NCBI GenBank assembly: GCA_001189075.1
Contig: LFCN01000006.1
Coordinates: 524,866 to 588,865 of the forward strand
Length of the DNA: 64,000 bases
Origin: Parcubacteria bacterium C7867-004
GTDB taxonomy: Bacteria; Patescibacteriota; Minisyncoccia; Phycocordibacterales; Phycocordibacteraceae
Reading direction: 5' to 3'
Positions 46,478 through 56,254 of the stretch are shown in pieces. The position numbers were made by a program, and so were the translations under genes. Position 1 is the first letter of the stretch, and each line of letters opens with the position of its first letter. The notes beneath the pieces are model-generated. The model worked only from the letters and a program-made list of their open reading frames with translations, did not search any database and was not told the DNA's origin.

Positions 46478-47008
46478 ATGGTTTCAATTGTCCAAGACGG
46501 CGACCCGGTCCTCCGCAAGAAGGCGGTGGAGGTCGAGGAATCGCTATTCGCAAGCGATGAGCTGGCGCAGATACTGACTGACATGGAAGAAGCCCTTGAT
46601 CGGGAGCCTGACGGCGTCGCGCTGGCCGCTCCTCAGATAGGCATCCCGCTCCGGATATTCATCGCCCGCTACGACCGCCTCCTCCCAACTCCTCCTGAAG
46701 GCGAACCGGCTCCACTCAAAGAGACCGGTATATTCATCAACCCGACCTTCGTACGCTCGTCCCAGCGACGCATCGAGATGGACGAGGGCTGCCTTTCCGT
46801 CCGTAGCGTCTACGGAAAGACCAAGCGCCATGAGCGCGCTACCGTGCGTGCACGCGAATTCGATGGCACCCCGTTCGAGCGCGGTGGCGGTGGCATACTC
46901 GCACAGATCTTCCAGCACGAGATAGATCATCTCGACGGCATCCTCTTCATCGATCACGCCACCGACCTGGTTGAAGCGCAGCGGAACCCAGAACCCGAAG
47001 ATGCATAA
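46478..47008 (+). CDS. def: Peptide deformylase
   Basis: GVALAAPQIG, EGCLSV, QHEIDHLDGILF. Confidence 0.97.
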   Translation: MVSIVQDGDPVLRKKAVEVEESLFASDELAQILTDMEEALDREPDGVALAAPQIGIPLRIFIARYDRLLPTPPEGEPAPLKETGIFINPTFVRSSQRRIEMDEGCLSVRSVYGKTKRHERATVRAREFDGTPFERGGGGILAQIFQHEIDHLDGILFIDHATDLVEAQRNPEPEDA

Positions 47009-47858
47009 ACCCTTTCTCTTCTTCGGCACGCCGTATGTCGCCCGCGATACGCTTGCGGGACTTATGGAGCGCGGTTATAGGCCAGAGGTGGTTATAACCT
47101 CGCCCGACGCGCCCTCAGGTCGCGGCCTTACGCTCACACCATCAGAGGCTAAGGTATGGGCCCTTGAGCAGAACCTTCCCGTGCTCGCACCAGAAAGAAT
47201 CAACCGGGCGCTCATCGAGTCTCTCGCGCAGTACGGCGCGGAGTACGCCATTGTTGTGGCATACGGAAAGATCCTTCCCCAATCGCTTATCGATGCCTTT
47301 CCGCTCGGCATCCTGAACATCCACTATTCCCTCCTTCCGAAATACCGGGGCGCCTCTCCGGTTGAAGCCGCACTCTTGAACGCCGAGACTGTCACCGGCG
47401 TAACCATCCAGAAGATGGCATTCGAGCTCGATAGCGGCGATATCGTAGCCATGAAGGAGACCCTGATAGGTCCGGAGGAGACCACTCGCGAGCTGCGAAC
47501 GCGTCTCATCGCCATGGGAACGGAGCTGCTTGCCGATACACTTCCTGCATTTGAATCGGGAGCCGTAACCGGGGTTCCTCAAGACGCGAGCCAGGCTACC
47601 TTCTGTGGGCGTATCAATAAGAGCGAAGGCGAGCTTGCCCTGTCCGGTGACCCCAAGCGTAATTGGAACAAGTACCGAGCCTATGCCGAGTCTCCGGGCA
47701 CCTATTTCTTTGTAACGAAGGAAGCCAAGCGACTGCGCGTGAAGGTCCGCACTGCCGCGTTTGAGAACGGAACGTTTATCCCGAAGCGAGTCGTACTCGA
47801 AGGAAAGGCCGAGACGGACTTCGCTGAGCTTACGAAAGCAGGCTGGACTCCCGCTTAG
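47001..47858 (+). CDS. fmt: Methionyl-tRNA formyltransferase
   Basis: FFGTP, VVAYGKIL, NIHYSLLPKYRGASP, LDSGDI. Confidence 0.96.
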   Translation: MHKPFLFFGTPYVARDTLAGLMERGYRPEVVITSPDAPSGRGLTLTPSEAKVWALEQNLPVLAPERINRALIESLAQYGAEYAIVVAYGKILPQSLIDAFPLGILNIHYSLLPKYRGASPVEAALLNAETVTGVTIQKMAFELDSGDIVAMKETLIGPEETTRELRTRLIAMGTELLADTLPAFESGAVTGVPQDASQATFCGRINKSEGELALSGDPKRNWNKYRAYAESPGTYFFVTKEAKRLRVKVRTAAFENGTFIPKRVVLEGKAETDFAELTKAGWTPA

Positions 47859-48220
47859 GTACTGAATCCACGCAGGAACGACTTGATGGTCGCACCTCCC
47901 TTTCGCTTAAGAACGAGGCTGCGCTCGTTTGCCTTACGGAGCTCCCCCGCGAGCTCACCAACCGCCTGATCTATCGAGTTCTCTATAGACTCTTCGACGG
48001 CCTTTGCGACGAACCGCTGCCCGTCGATATCGAAATTGATTTCAGTCCTCCAGATGCGTCCTGACTGGTGCGCTGCAGTCTCTTTTCCGAGTTCAACGTA
48101 TGCGCGCGCTGATTCCGCATTCCTCTTAATGTATTTTCTCAAGGTCTCGAGCTTTTTCCGGGCGAATGCACTCACATCGATCGGCATCTCATAATTAGTT
48201 CCTTTGAGAAGTATTTCCAT
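47855..48220 (-). CDS. hpf: Ribosome hibernation factor HPF/RaiA family
   Basis: I.LKGTN, KKLETL.KY, SIDQAV..L..ELRK. Confidence 0.8.
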   Translation of the reverse strand: MEILLKGTNYEMPIDVSAFARKKLETLRKYIKRNAESARAYVELGKETAAHQSGRIWRTEINFDIDGQRFVAKAVEESIENSIDQAVGELAGELRKANERSLVLKRKGGATIKSFLRGFST

Positions 48221-48231
48221 AGACTTGTAGA

Positions 48232-48498
48232 TTACTCTTTCGGGCCAAATTTCTGATGAAGGTACTCGACTATTGCGTCGGACTCGTACATCTCGACACC
48301 TGCGTCGACGTCGACGAGGTACGGCATCTGACGTTTGCCACCCCGAGCGATAAGCTCTTCCGCTACCGCCGGGTTAGCAACGGTCTTCAGATCGAAGACC
48401 AGACCCAGTTCCTGACCCGCCTGAAGGACTTTGGCGCAGTACCCGCAGCCGACTTTTATGTAAAGGATGAGGGGTCCGTGGTGTATGGGTTCGTTCAT
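48232..48498 (-). CDS. Glutaredoxin/GST-N-like protein
   Basis: CGYC, GGKRQMPYLVD, MYESDAIVEYL. Confidence 0.9.
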   Translation of the reverse strand: MNEPIHHGPLILYIKVGCGYCAKVLQAGQELGLVFDLKTVANPAVAEELIARGGKRQMPYLVDVDAGVEMYESDAIVEYLHQKFGPKE

Positions 48499-48589
48499 AG
48501 ACCCAGTATACCAAGCAGGAGCGTTGCTCTCCTGTGTATTTACGCTAGAATGCCCAAGTTACGCTCGGATTTCGGTCTGAGCGTCACAT

Positions 48590-48664
48590 TCCGCGGTAGC
48601 TCAGTGGTAGAGCGGTCGACTGTTAATCGATTGGTCGCAGGTTCGAATCCTGCCCGCGGAGCCA
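48590..48664 (+). tRNA. tRNA-Asn(GTT)
   Basis: TCCGCGG acceptor stem, GTCGA-CT-GTT-AA-TCGAT arm, GGTTCGAATCC, encoded CCA. Confidence 0.97.
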
Positions 48665-50151
48665 GAAGAGACATCAGCAAAATCAAGGACCAAATTAAAC
48701 GGAGAAGCTAGTGTAAAATCTAGCTTTTTTCCGTTTACAGTCGGGTTCTGAAGTATGGAACTCAAAAAGGCTCTTTGGTTAGCCGGTTCAGAACTATTCT
48801 CAAAAATAGACTTTGCCCTGCGAGCTACAGATATGACCGTAGCAACAGTAGTTTGGTAGTCGTAATCTGCCTTGCGGTATTCGGACATTTCAATTTCCAG
48901 GGTTTGTATCTGGTCCTGATACTCTTGGTGCTTTTTGTCATAGATGTCCTTAGTAATACTCTGGTCCAGGTAGGCTTCAAGCAATCGGTCATCCTTTGCT
49001 TTAAGTGCGTCATAGTCGTTCCGCATCCGGTTTATCTGAGCCTTATGAAATGCGACTTCGGCTTCAGTGTTCTTCCGAAGCTCATCGACAAGCTGATTCT
49101 GAGTATTCTCAGTAATCGTTGCAAAGTGCTCTAGAACCTCGTATACGGGCTTGAGAAGGTCCTTTTCAGGTACATACACCCTTTTGCATACTCCCTTAGC
49201 ATTCGTGCAAGAATAGTAGATAAAGCGACCCTTCTTGATTTCAGCACTCATTGAACAGCCGCAGTTTTGGCACTTGAGCAAACCCTTGAATATGAAGTCC
49301 CGGGATAGTGCCTTGAAAGGGGTTTTCCTGCGTTTGAGGCGTACATCTTCACACTTATCAAAGAGCTCCCTATCAATCAGGCGCGGATACTTGTGCGCAT
49401 ACGGACCATACTTCTTTGAGACAGCAGTACCGCAGTAAAAACTATCCTTGAGCATATTTTCAATGCAACTCTTGGAGAGCTTGAAACCCTTGAGGCTTCG
49501 TAAGCCAAGTTCCGAAATCTTTACCCTGATAGTCTCTAGGGAGTAGTTTCCTGTAGCATAAAGCTCAAATACTTTCTGAACCAAGTGCGCACGTTCTGGG
49601 TCTATGATTATGTCTTTACGTAAGCGCTTTTCTTGGTCCAAGTGAATATTCAGGTAGCCTAAACGGACTGCTCCTGTCCACTCGCCGTTCCTGCGCTTTT
49701 GCTCAAAGGCACGTCTAACATTGTCGCCGATAGCGTCTGAGTAGTACTTAGCCAGTCCAAGACTCATACCAAACTGAAACTTCTCAACAGCAGACATCTG
49801 GCTATTAATAATCTGACCGTCCGAAATGAAATGAAGTTCAATCCTATCTGCTACAGCAAGCTCATAGAGCCTGGCCACTCTTTTATCAAAGACGCTTCTT
49901 GAGAGCCGGTCTACCTTGTCAAAGCAGACTGCAATCTTTTCCTTCTTAATCGTTGTCTCAACAAACTCTAACAACTTATCAAACTCATCCCGCTTATCCT
50001 TATATGCGCTTTCATCAAAGCTAAATGATTTGATGACGATGAAATCTCTCTTTTTGCAGTAGCTGTCTACACGCTCAATCTGAGCAGGCAGAGAATTTCC
50101 TGCCTCCTTTTGTTCCTCTGTTGATACTCGTGAGACATTTACCGCTTTCAT
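48601..50151 (-). CDS. Large serine recombinase (integrase)
   Basis: SRVSTEEQ catalytic Ser, ESAY..R, DRLSR, recombinase domain, CQNCG..YYSC zinc ribbon, coiled coil. Confidence 0.93.
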   Translation of the reverse strand: MKAVNVSRVSTEEQKEAGNSLPAQIERVDSYCKKRDFIVIKSFSFDESAYKDKRDEFDKLLEFVETTIKKEKIAVCFDKVDRLSRSVFDKRVARLYELAVADRIELHFISDGQIINSQMSAVEKFQFGMSLGLAKYYSDAIGDNVRRAFEQKRRNGEWTGAVRLGYLNIHLDQEKRLRKDIIIDPERAHLVQKVFELYATGNYSLETIRVKISELGLRSLKGFKLSKSCIENMLKDSFYCGTAVSKKYGPYAHKYPRLIDRELFDKCEDVRLKRRKTPFKALSRDFIFKGLLKCQNCGCSMSAEIKKGRFIYYSCTNAKGVCKRVYVPEKDLLKPVYEVLEHFATITENTQNQLVDELRKNTEAEVAFHKAQINRMRNDYDALKAKDDRLLEAYLDQSITKDIYDKKHQEYQDQIQTLEIEMSEYRKADYDYQTTVATVISVARRAKSIFENSSEPANQRAFLSSILQNPTVNGKKLDFTLASPFNLVLDFADVSSGSAGRIRTCDQSINSRPLYH

Positions 50152-50154
50152 GGG

Positions 50155-52803
50155 CTATAGAATATTTTCCTTAAGAGCCCCATCAAAAGCTGTTTCTTCG
50201 CTATTGTTGTAGAACGGAAGACCCCACACAACATATTTCCTATCTTCCCAGAGTTGTTCAACTTTGTGCTCTTCGTTAAGGGATACTAGGAAATTCTGCT
50301 TCCAAGCATCTGTTTCTTTGAGATGACTGCCCTTAGGCTCAATGAATACTTGGTAGTGGATACTCTTTGGCTTTGCTTTTTGGTAAAGGAAAAGTACGAA
50401 GTCTGGTTCGAGTGCCCTTCCATCGTCAAAATTGTAAAGCTTAAAAAAGCGCTCATTCCTTACTAGGTATACCTCGTCATACTTCTCACGGAGTTGCGTG
50501 TAAATCTTATCGACATATTTAACAAGGTACTTCTCTTCAGAAGTTCCGAAACAATCATTAAACACGTACCAAGACTTGTTACTGAGGTCTAGATAGATAC
50601 TAGTCTCTTGAGCATTGTTGATTGACTTCCCAAACTCCTTATCTTCGCTCTCATTCTCTGCGAAAGTAAGGACCTTTTCAGAGATTTTATCCTTGACCAA
50701 ATAGGGTTTAAATTCCTTACTCCCCTTGTATTCAAGTTTATCGCCAGATACACCCCTTGAGATAAGCTCTAGGACCTGCAAAACCGTGTCTAAGACATCG
50801 TCAGGACTTAAATTGTCTAGCTGGCTAGGTAGCCCAGAAACAGTCATTTTCACGCTTCCTAGGTAGTTCTTATTAGTAATAAAGTCATCGAGACTTTCAA
50901 GATTTGGGAAGTAAGTCTTGAGGTTAGAGAAAGAGTAAAATTCCAGCTTATAAATTGCCTTCTTTATAACGGTGGCACTGAGGTCCTTGATAGCAAAATC
51001 CCTTTCCTTCTTCTCTACACCTTTTTTGCTTTGTTCATCAAAAATACCGCTCGAAAGGTTAAAGCCGGTCCGTAGAGAAACTTTATAGAGAGTATCTCGC
51101 ACTGAGGATGGCAACCCAAAAACATCCTCTCGCGTGTACTTTTCTTGCTCATTGAGGAAAAGAAAGCCTGATTTGTAGAACTTACTTTCTTTGAAGTCAT
51201 CTTTAATGGTGAGACTGCGCTTTACTGTTTTATCGGCAATGATTCCGCTCGTTACGAGCGCGGAAGTAAGCTCCTGAATATACTTTGGGTTGTAGGTGCT
51301 GTGATAGTAAAGCTCTTCACAAATTCTCATCTCATTCTCAACGTCATCATCAAATTTCCTCTTCGATGCGTCATCGGTTTCGCTTAGCTTGAACGGACAG
51401 TATCGTGCACCACGACCAATGAGCTGGGCCTCTCGGATTGTTGTTTCACCAGGTCTGTTATTTGCAGAATCACGCGTATCGTACAGACGAACAATATCAA
51501 AAAGGTTCAGAACGTCCCATCCCTCATTTAGCTTATCTACAGCAAAAACTGCTCGATACTCATTGTCAGGAGCTTCTAGAGTATTGATGGCTACCTGTTT
51601 TTCCTCGCTCTCTTCCTTGCTGTTAACTGAGATTGTTTTATCGGCAGAGAAATCTTCCTTAAGCTCAGATACTAGGTTTTCAAGCGTAATCTTGTTCGAG
51701 TCGAAATACTCAAACATTCTTACGAGAACCTCGTCCTTTGCGTTTGCCTTTATTTCTGCAAGCTTCTTTGTAGTAAGTCCTTGCACGCTCTTGATAAACT
51801 CCTCCTGAAAAGCTTTGCTATCTGCAATGGTTTTAGACTTGAAAAGAAGCACCGGTTTAATAACCTGCTTGTTCTTCTCAAAGAGTTTTCTACGGTACTG
51901 GCTAAGTAAAATGGCCTGTAGACCACGGTCAAGTAAATTCGCATCCGCTTGAAGTACCTTCACATCCTTTGAATAGCCGTCCATTCGGAATTGCTTGAGT
52001 GGGTAGTCAAAAACAAGCCTGTCAGCATACTTTCTTGCTATATGCGGGTTACTGAAATCTACCGTTGCTGTGAACTCTAAAAGAATATTCTCAGCACTTG
52101 CGTTAACAATTCTATTGACCGTGCTCTCCCAAGAGATAATCTCTTCGGCTTCTTCTCTAGAAACCGAACCGTTTATGGTGACCTCACCGAGCACTCCGGT
52201 TCTGAGACCTGCTCTTGTCTCAACGTTAATATGGTGTGCCTCATCAGATATGAGCACAATTTTCTTATCCTGAAAGTCGTCAAAGGTAAGAGAGTTCTCT
52301 TGAGGATTGTTCAGTCTAGTATGAAGGCCTTGGATAGTTGAGAACGAGATATTAATACAGTCATCATTTCCAGCCTGAAAGTTATTTACTTCCTTAAGGG
52401 AAACTTTCTTTCCCCTAAAGGCGACGCTGCTGTTGAATAAGTACTTTATTGATGCGTCATTAAAGAAGTTATCTCGTGTCTTATCAATGATGTTTGTGCT
52501 GTTCACAAAAAAAAGAAAGTTTCTATACCCTTTCTCGTAGAGATAGAGAATCAGTCCGGCCATAATGAGCGTCTTACCACTACCAGTAGCCATACGGAAA
52601 AGAAGCTGATGCTTCTCAGGCTTGCCATCAAAGTTCTCGTTTAAGTAGTTTAGAAAGTACTGGAAAGCTCTTTCTTGGTAAGGTCTTATAGCAAACTTCT
52701 GATTGAGGTTTGCCGTTATGAGGTCAGGCACTTGAGTGGCTTCTATGCCACGCTTGCCAAACTCTGATTCAAGTATTCTGTTGAGTGTTTTAATTTCGTC
52801 CAT
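50155..52803 (-). CDS. res: Type III restriction enzyme Res subunit
   Basis: MATGSGKT, SDEAHH, LNEGWDV.N, QLIGRGAR, EPDF...IEPKG nuclease motif. Confidence 0.92.
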   Translation of the reverse strand: MDEIKTLNRILESEFGKRGIEATQVPDLITANLNQKFAIRPYQERAFQYFLNYLNENFDGKPEKHQLLFRMATGSGKTLIMAGLILYLYEKGYRNFLFFVNSTNIIDKTRDNFFNDASIKYLFNSSVAFRGKKVSLKEVNNFQAGNDDCINISFSTIQGLHTRLNNPQENSLTFDDFQDKKIVLISDEAHHINVETRAGLRTGVLGEVTINGSVSREEAEEIISWESTVNRIVNASAENILLEFTATVDFSNPHIARKYADRLVFDYPLKQFRMDGYSKDVKVLQADANLLDRGLQAILLSQYRRKLFEKNKQVIKPVLLFKSKTIADSKAFQEEFIKSVQGLTTKKLAEIKANAKDEVLVRMFEYFDSNKITLENLVSELKEDFSADKTISVNSKEESEEKQVAINTLEAPDNEYRAVFAVDKLNEGWDVLNLFDIVRLYDTRDSANNRPGETTIREAQLIGRGARYCPFKLSETDDASKRKFDDDVENEMRICEELYYHSTYNPKYIQELTSALVTSGIIADKTVKRSLTIKDDFKESKFYKSGFLFLNEQEKYTREDVFGLPSSVRDTLYKVSLRTGFNLSSGIFDEQSKKGVEKKERDFAIKDLSATVIKKAIYKLEFYSFSNLKTYFPNLESLDDFITNKNYLGSVKMTVSGLPSQLDNLSPDDVLDTVLQVLELISRGVSGDKLEYKGSKEFKPYLVKDKISEKVLTFAENESEDKEFGKSINNAQETSIYLDLSNKSWYVFNDCFGTSEEKYLVKYVDKIYTQLREKYDEVYLVRNERFFKLYNFDDGRALEPDFVLFLYQKAKPKSIHYQVFIEPKGSHLKETDAWKQNFLVSLNEEHKVEQLWEDRKYVVWGLPFYNNSEETAFDGALKENIL

Positions 52804-54661
52804 AGAACTTAGCATTCAAAGCAACGTCTTCTTTAGATATTGCATATGTTTTGTCTTCGATTTCTGAGTACGGCACATACAGCAGATTCTTATCCAAAAT
52901 GGAAATTAAGAATCTTTGCTGGTCCTCAAAAGAAAGGCTCTCGAAATCTTTCTTCGTAGCGTCAACATCCTGAGGTTTTACTTTGTAGCTCAGGAAGGCT
53001 GTCTTCTTCATTTCCTCCCAAATAGTCATGAGGCTTTTTTTGTTCTTTACATCCTGTATTTTGTCCACAAAAAGCTGATTCGCCTGGGCGAGCTCGGCAT
53101 ATATAAATGAACCGCCCCCTTTCCAGTTCACAGATTCTGATATTCCTCCCTGCTCACCGTCAACTGCTTTTTTAAGTCTCTCAACTAGAACACTATCAAC
53201 ATAATCCATTTGTTCTACAGTGATAAACTGTCGTCCCATCTTCAAAGCAGTAGAAGCAGTAGTGCCGGAGCCACCGAAGAAATCCAGCACTAGGTCATCC
53301 TTCTTCGTGGAAAGTTCAATGATTCTTTGAATGAATCCTTCTGGTTTAGGGCCATCAAAGACTTTTTCTTTAAATAATTCTTTCAAGTGGCGAGTAGCAT
53401 TTGTTGTTGTAGGCAAGTCAGACCATAAAGTCGTAGTAACCTCTCCTCGCTCCTGTGCTTCAGACCAAAATCTTTTCCTTTGAGGACCGGCTTCACCGGT
53501 AGTGCCAAAGACAATCCTTTTATCTTTTAGTAAATCTTCGAATACGCTTTTTTCATTCTTCCAACTGTTGCCTGGTAACGGAGTATAAACTTCTCCAGTT
53601 TTGGGATTCTTAATTGGATATAACTGATTGGGGCGGATACCCCCAACCTGAAATGGGTCAGCAACCCACTTACCTCTAGGGTCGTTATCTGGGTTATTAA
53701 ACTTATCTTCATTAGCTGGAATTCTAAAGGTCTCTCGGTTCTTCTTGAGCCATTCTTTGTTTGTTGAGTACACCAAAGTGTGTGTATGTGCGTCAGAAAT
53801 AAGTGCGGTATTAGTAACTGATTTTGTAGAATTCCAAATAACATCGGCTACAAAGTTTTTCCTGCCGAACACTTCATCACACAGCACTTTTAAATAATGA
53901 CCCTCATCATCACTAATGCTCATCCAAATTAATCCGGAGTCATTCTTAAGAAGTTGTTTTGCAACCTCCAATCTATTCCTCATAAACGTGAGCCAAGTAG
54001 AGTGGTTGAAATTGTCGTTGTAGAGAAAGTCATTGCTTTCATTATCTCTGTTATAAGGCGGGTCGATATAAATTAACTGGACAGACTCCTTGTATTTAGC
54101 AAGAAGAGTCTGTAAAGCTAATAAATTATTACCCTTGAGAATAAGGTTGTCCTTAAGTCCCACTTCCTTAGCAATAATTTCTTTCCCTTTTTCATATCTC
54201 TTAAACTTTGTGAGTGCTTTTGGTTTTAGAAGTTTATCAATTTCATCAGAAGCCAAGGTCTCATTCCAAAACACTTCACTCCTCTTCGCATCATCCTTAC
54301 TTTGACCACCTTCAAGTACACAATCCTTATAGGGGAAGGCGAGGACCACCTCCTCACTATCGGTTAGGTAGTGCTTGTCAGAAATTAGACCAATCTTATT
54401 CTTGTACTCTGTAAAACTGTCAGGAAGAAACTGTTTGTTGGAAACGTAGCTTTGGAATTTAACCTTGTCGAAAACAAGGAAATCATCAACCTGCTGAAAA
54501 AAGGTTTCTGAGAGATCTTTTGAAGAGCGAAGTAGCTTTAATAAGCCAGCATCTAACTGAAGTGCGAGCTCAATAATCTTATTCTTAGCAAGCTTTCCTT
54601 CTACAACGAGCCGGTCATCTTTTGAGAGTGCTTCCGTTAGCTTTTGATGGATGTTTTTCAT
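52790..54661 (-). CDS. mod: Type III R-M methyltransferase Mod (N6-adenine, beta class)
   Basis: LIYIDPPYN, HSTWLTFM, PKPE, LDFFGGSGTT. Confidence 0.93.
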   Translation of the reverse strand: MKNIHQKLTEALSKDDRLVVEGKLAKNKIIELALQLDAGLLKLLRSSKDLSETFFQQVDDFLVFDKVKFQSYVSNKQFLPDSFTEYKNKIGLISDKHYLTDSEEVVLAFPYKDCVLEGGQSKDDAKRSEVFWNETLASDEIDKLLKPKALTKFKRYEKGKEIIAKEVGLKDNLILKGNNLLALQTLLAKYKESVQLIYIDPPYNRDNESNDFLYNDNFNHSTWLTFMRNRLEVAKQLLKNDSGLIWMSISDDEGHYLKVLCDEVFGRKNFVADVIWNSTKSVTNTALISDAHTHTLVYSTNKEWLKKNRETFRIPANEDKFNNPDNDPRGKWVADPFQVGGIRPNQLYPIKNPKTGEVYTPLPGNSWKNEKSVFEDLLKDKRIVFGTTGEAGPQRKRFWSEAQERGEVTTTLWSDLPTTTNATRHLKELFKEKVFDGPKPEGFIQRIIELSTKKDDLVLDFFGGSGTTASTALKMGRQFITVEQMDYVDSVLVERLKKAVDGEQGGISESVNWKGGGSFIYAELAQANQLFVDKIQDVKNKKSLMTIWEEMKKTAFLSYKVKPQDVDATKKDFESLSFEDQQRFLISILDKNLLYVPYSEIEDKTYAISKEDVALNAKFYGRN

Positions 54662-54664
54662 AAA

Positions 54665-54844
54665 TTATTTCGTACTCGCCTTTTTAAGAAAATCATCAAA
54701 CTCATCCTTATCAATTCTGTACTCTCGGCCAATCTTATAAGCACTCAAACGACCAGCTTTTATATAGCGGTAAATGGTCATGATATTCACATCCAACAGA
54801 CTTGCGAGGTCTTCCGCCTTGTAAAACTGCTTTTCTTTAGCCAT
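54665..54844 (-). CDS. Excisionase-like HTH (HTH_17) DNA-binding protein
   Basis: EDLASLLDVNIMTIYRYIKAGRLSAYKIGREYRI. Confidence 0.85.
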   Translation of the reverse strand: MAKEKQFYKAEDLASLLDVNIMTIYRYIKAGRLSAYKIGREYRIDKDEFDDFLKKASTK

Positions 54845-54896
54845 ACCCACTAATTTACTCAATAATTATACTTGACACTACTTTACACATCAATTC

Positions 54897-56012
54897 CTAC
54901 CCAGTGGACAAGCTTTTCTTGTACGGCTCGTACTCCTCTAGGCTCTTATCTATCTGGTTGACCCAGTCTCTGAGCTTGTTCTTGGTTATCAGAGTGCTTG
55001 CTTGTTGCATATCCTTAGCTATGCGATACCAGGTCCTATCATTCGACCTTTTCGAAAGAATGGTTCGCAACTGCCTCATCCCATTCTCGTCTCTAGCAAG
55101 CATGAACAAACCTAGTAGATATATGGCTTGCTTTGGTTTCAGATTTTTATCTGCTAAAAACAAGGTTCTCAACACATCCTTAATGCTTACAGATATTGAG
55201 AATAAGCCCAGATTCCTCTCTTTTATCAGCCTCTTCCAGTAATCGCTTACAACCCTCTTGCTCATCTCGGTACTGAAAATCTGTGTGAATGTAGGGTTCT
55301 TGTCATATCCCAAGTCTTCGAGCACTTTGTTCATCTTCTGCTTGTGGTTCAATCTGATTTCAAATCGTATGACTTCTTTTAGGTCCTTGCCTTTGGTCAG
55401 TTCCGTAAATAGGGTCCTGTGGTAGCACGTTTGGTCCTTATCAATCGCACGCTTCTTATCCTTACTCAAGTCAGCAATCTTGTCATAGATAACAAGTTGG
55501 TGTGAAGTGGTATGAGCATAAAGGCTCTGACCGTCATTCATAAATCTCGTCTTTGAAAAATCAAAGCTCTTTCTCAGGTTGACCTTGTTCATTTCTGAAA
55601 TCAAGTGGTTTGCTGTGTAGCCATCTTCCAGCCGGATGTTCTTAGAGAAGTGGACTGAACTTACTGATGCTTTCTCTAGTACTGGCTTTGAGACTATTAC
55701 ACCCATAGTCCTGAGTCTTTCTTGTAGAGTCGCAATTACCCTTGGAAAGTCCTTTTCCTCAAGCTCTTCAAGATTATTCAGGTATATCAGCTTGGGTGCA
55801 GAAAACTCCAAACGAACATTGGCTTCTTGTGAGTAATGGCGCTGATAACCAGTTAATCTAGGAAAGTAGTTTCCAGTCTCCTTCTCTGCCTTACTCGGAT
55901 TCCGGACATACTTTTCATACTGGTCTGTCTTTGAATACAGTTACCAGTTTGATACTCCTGAGAGGTAGGTCATTCTATCCTTTGGTATCAAGAGGCATAC
56001 AGTATCAATCAT
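54897..56012 (-). pseudogene. Replication-initiator-like protein (gpII/X or Rep_trans-like) with in-frame TAA at codon 24
   Basis: MIDTV start at 56012 in frame with EFSAPKL..NN, IYDK, IRFEIRL; single TAA at 55941-55943. Confidence 0.65.
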
Positions 56013-56169
56013 TTTTCGCTTTCTTTATCTGGTAAAGTTCAGGATTTTGCTTCTTGTCCTCTTGGATAAGCCAAACAAAAGCACTAACAAGCTTCCCTCT
56101 GTCTTCCAGAGTTAGGTTATTTACTTGAAAGCTCTGTTCAGGCCTCAATTTGGTTGCAATTACCTGCAT
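56005..56169 (-). CDS. Small hypothetical protein (54 aa) overlapping the rep start
   Basis: Manual translation MQVIATKLRPEQ...KKAKND; 8-nt overlap with rep. Confidence 0.55.
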   Translation of the reverse strand: MQVIATKLRPEQSFQVNNLTLEDRGKLVSAFVWLIQEDKKQNPELYQIKKAKND

Positions 56170-56254
56170 AAAAAAACCCGTAGGTTGTACCTACAGGCTA
56201 TCTTTTTCGGCTAAGCCGGTATAAGAACTTTGTGAACTACGGAAAGTATCTGTA

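Noticed and set aside
56171-56220. Hairpins upstream of rep as a rolling-circle nick site
   Set aside because: CCTGTAGGT-ACA-ACCTACGGG plus a T-run on the minus strand is adequately explained as a terminator; no recognisable nick consensus
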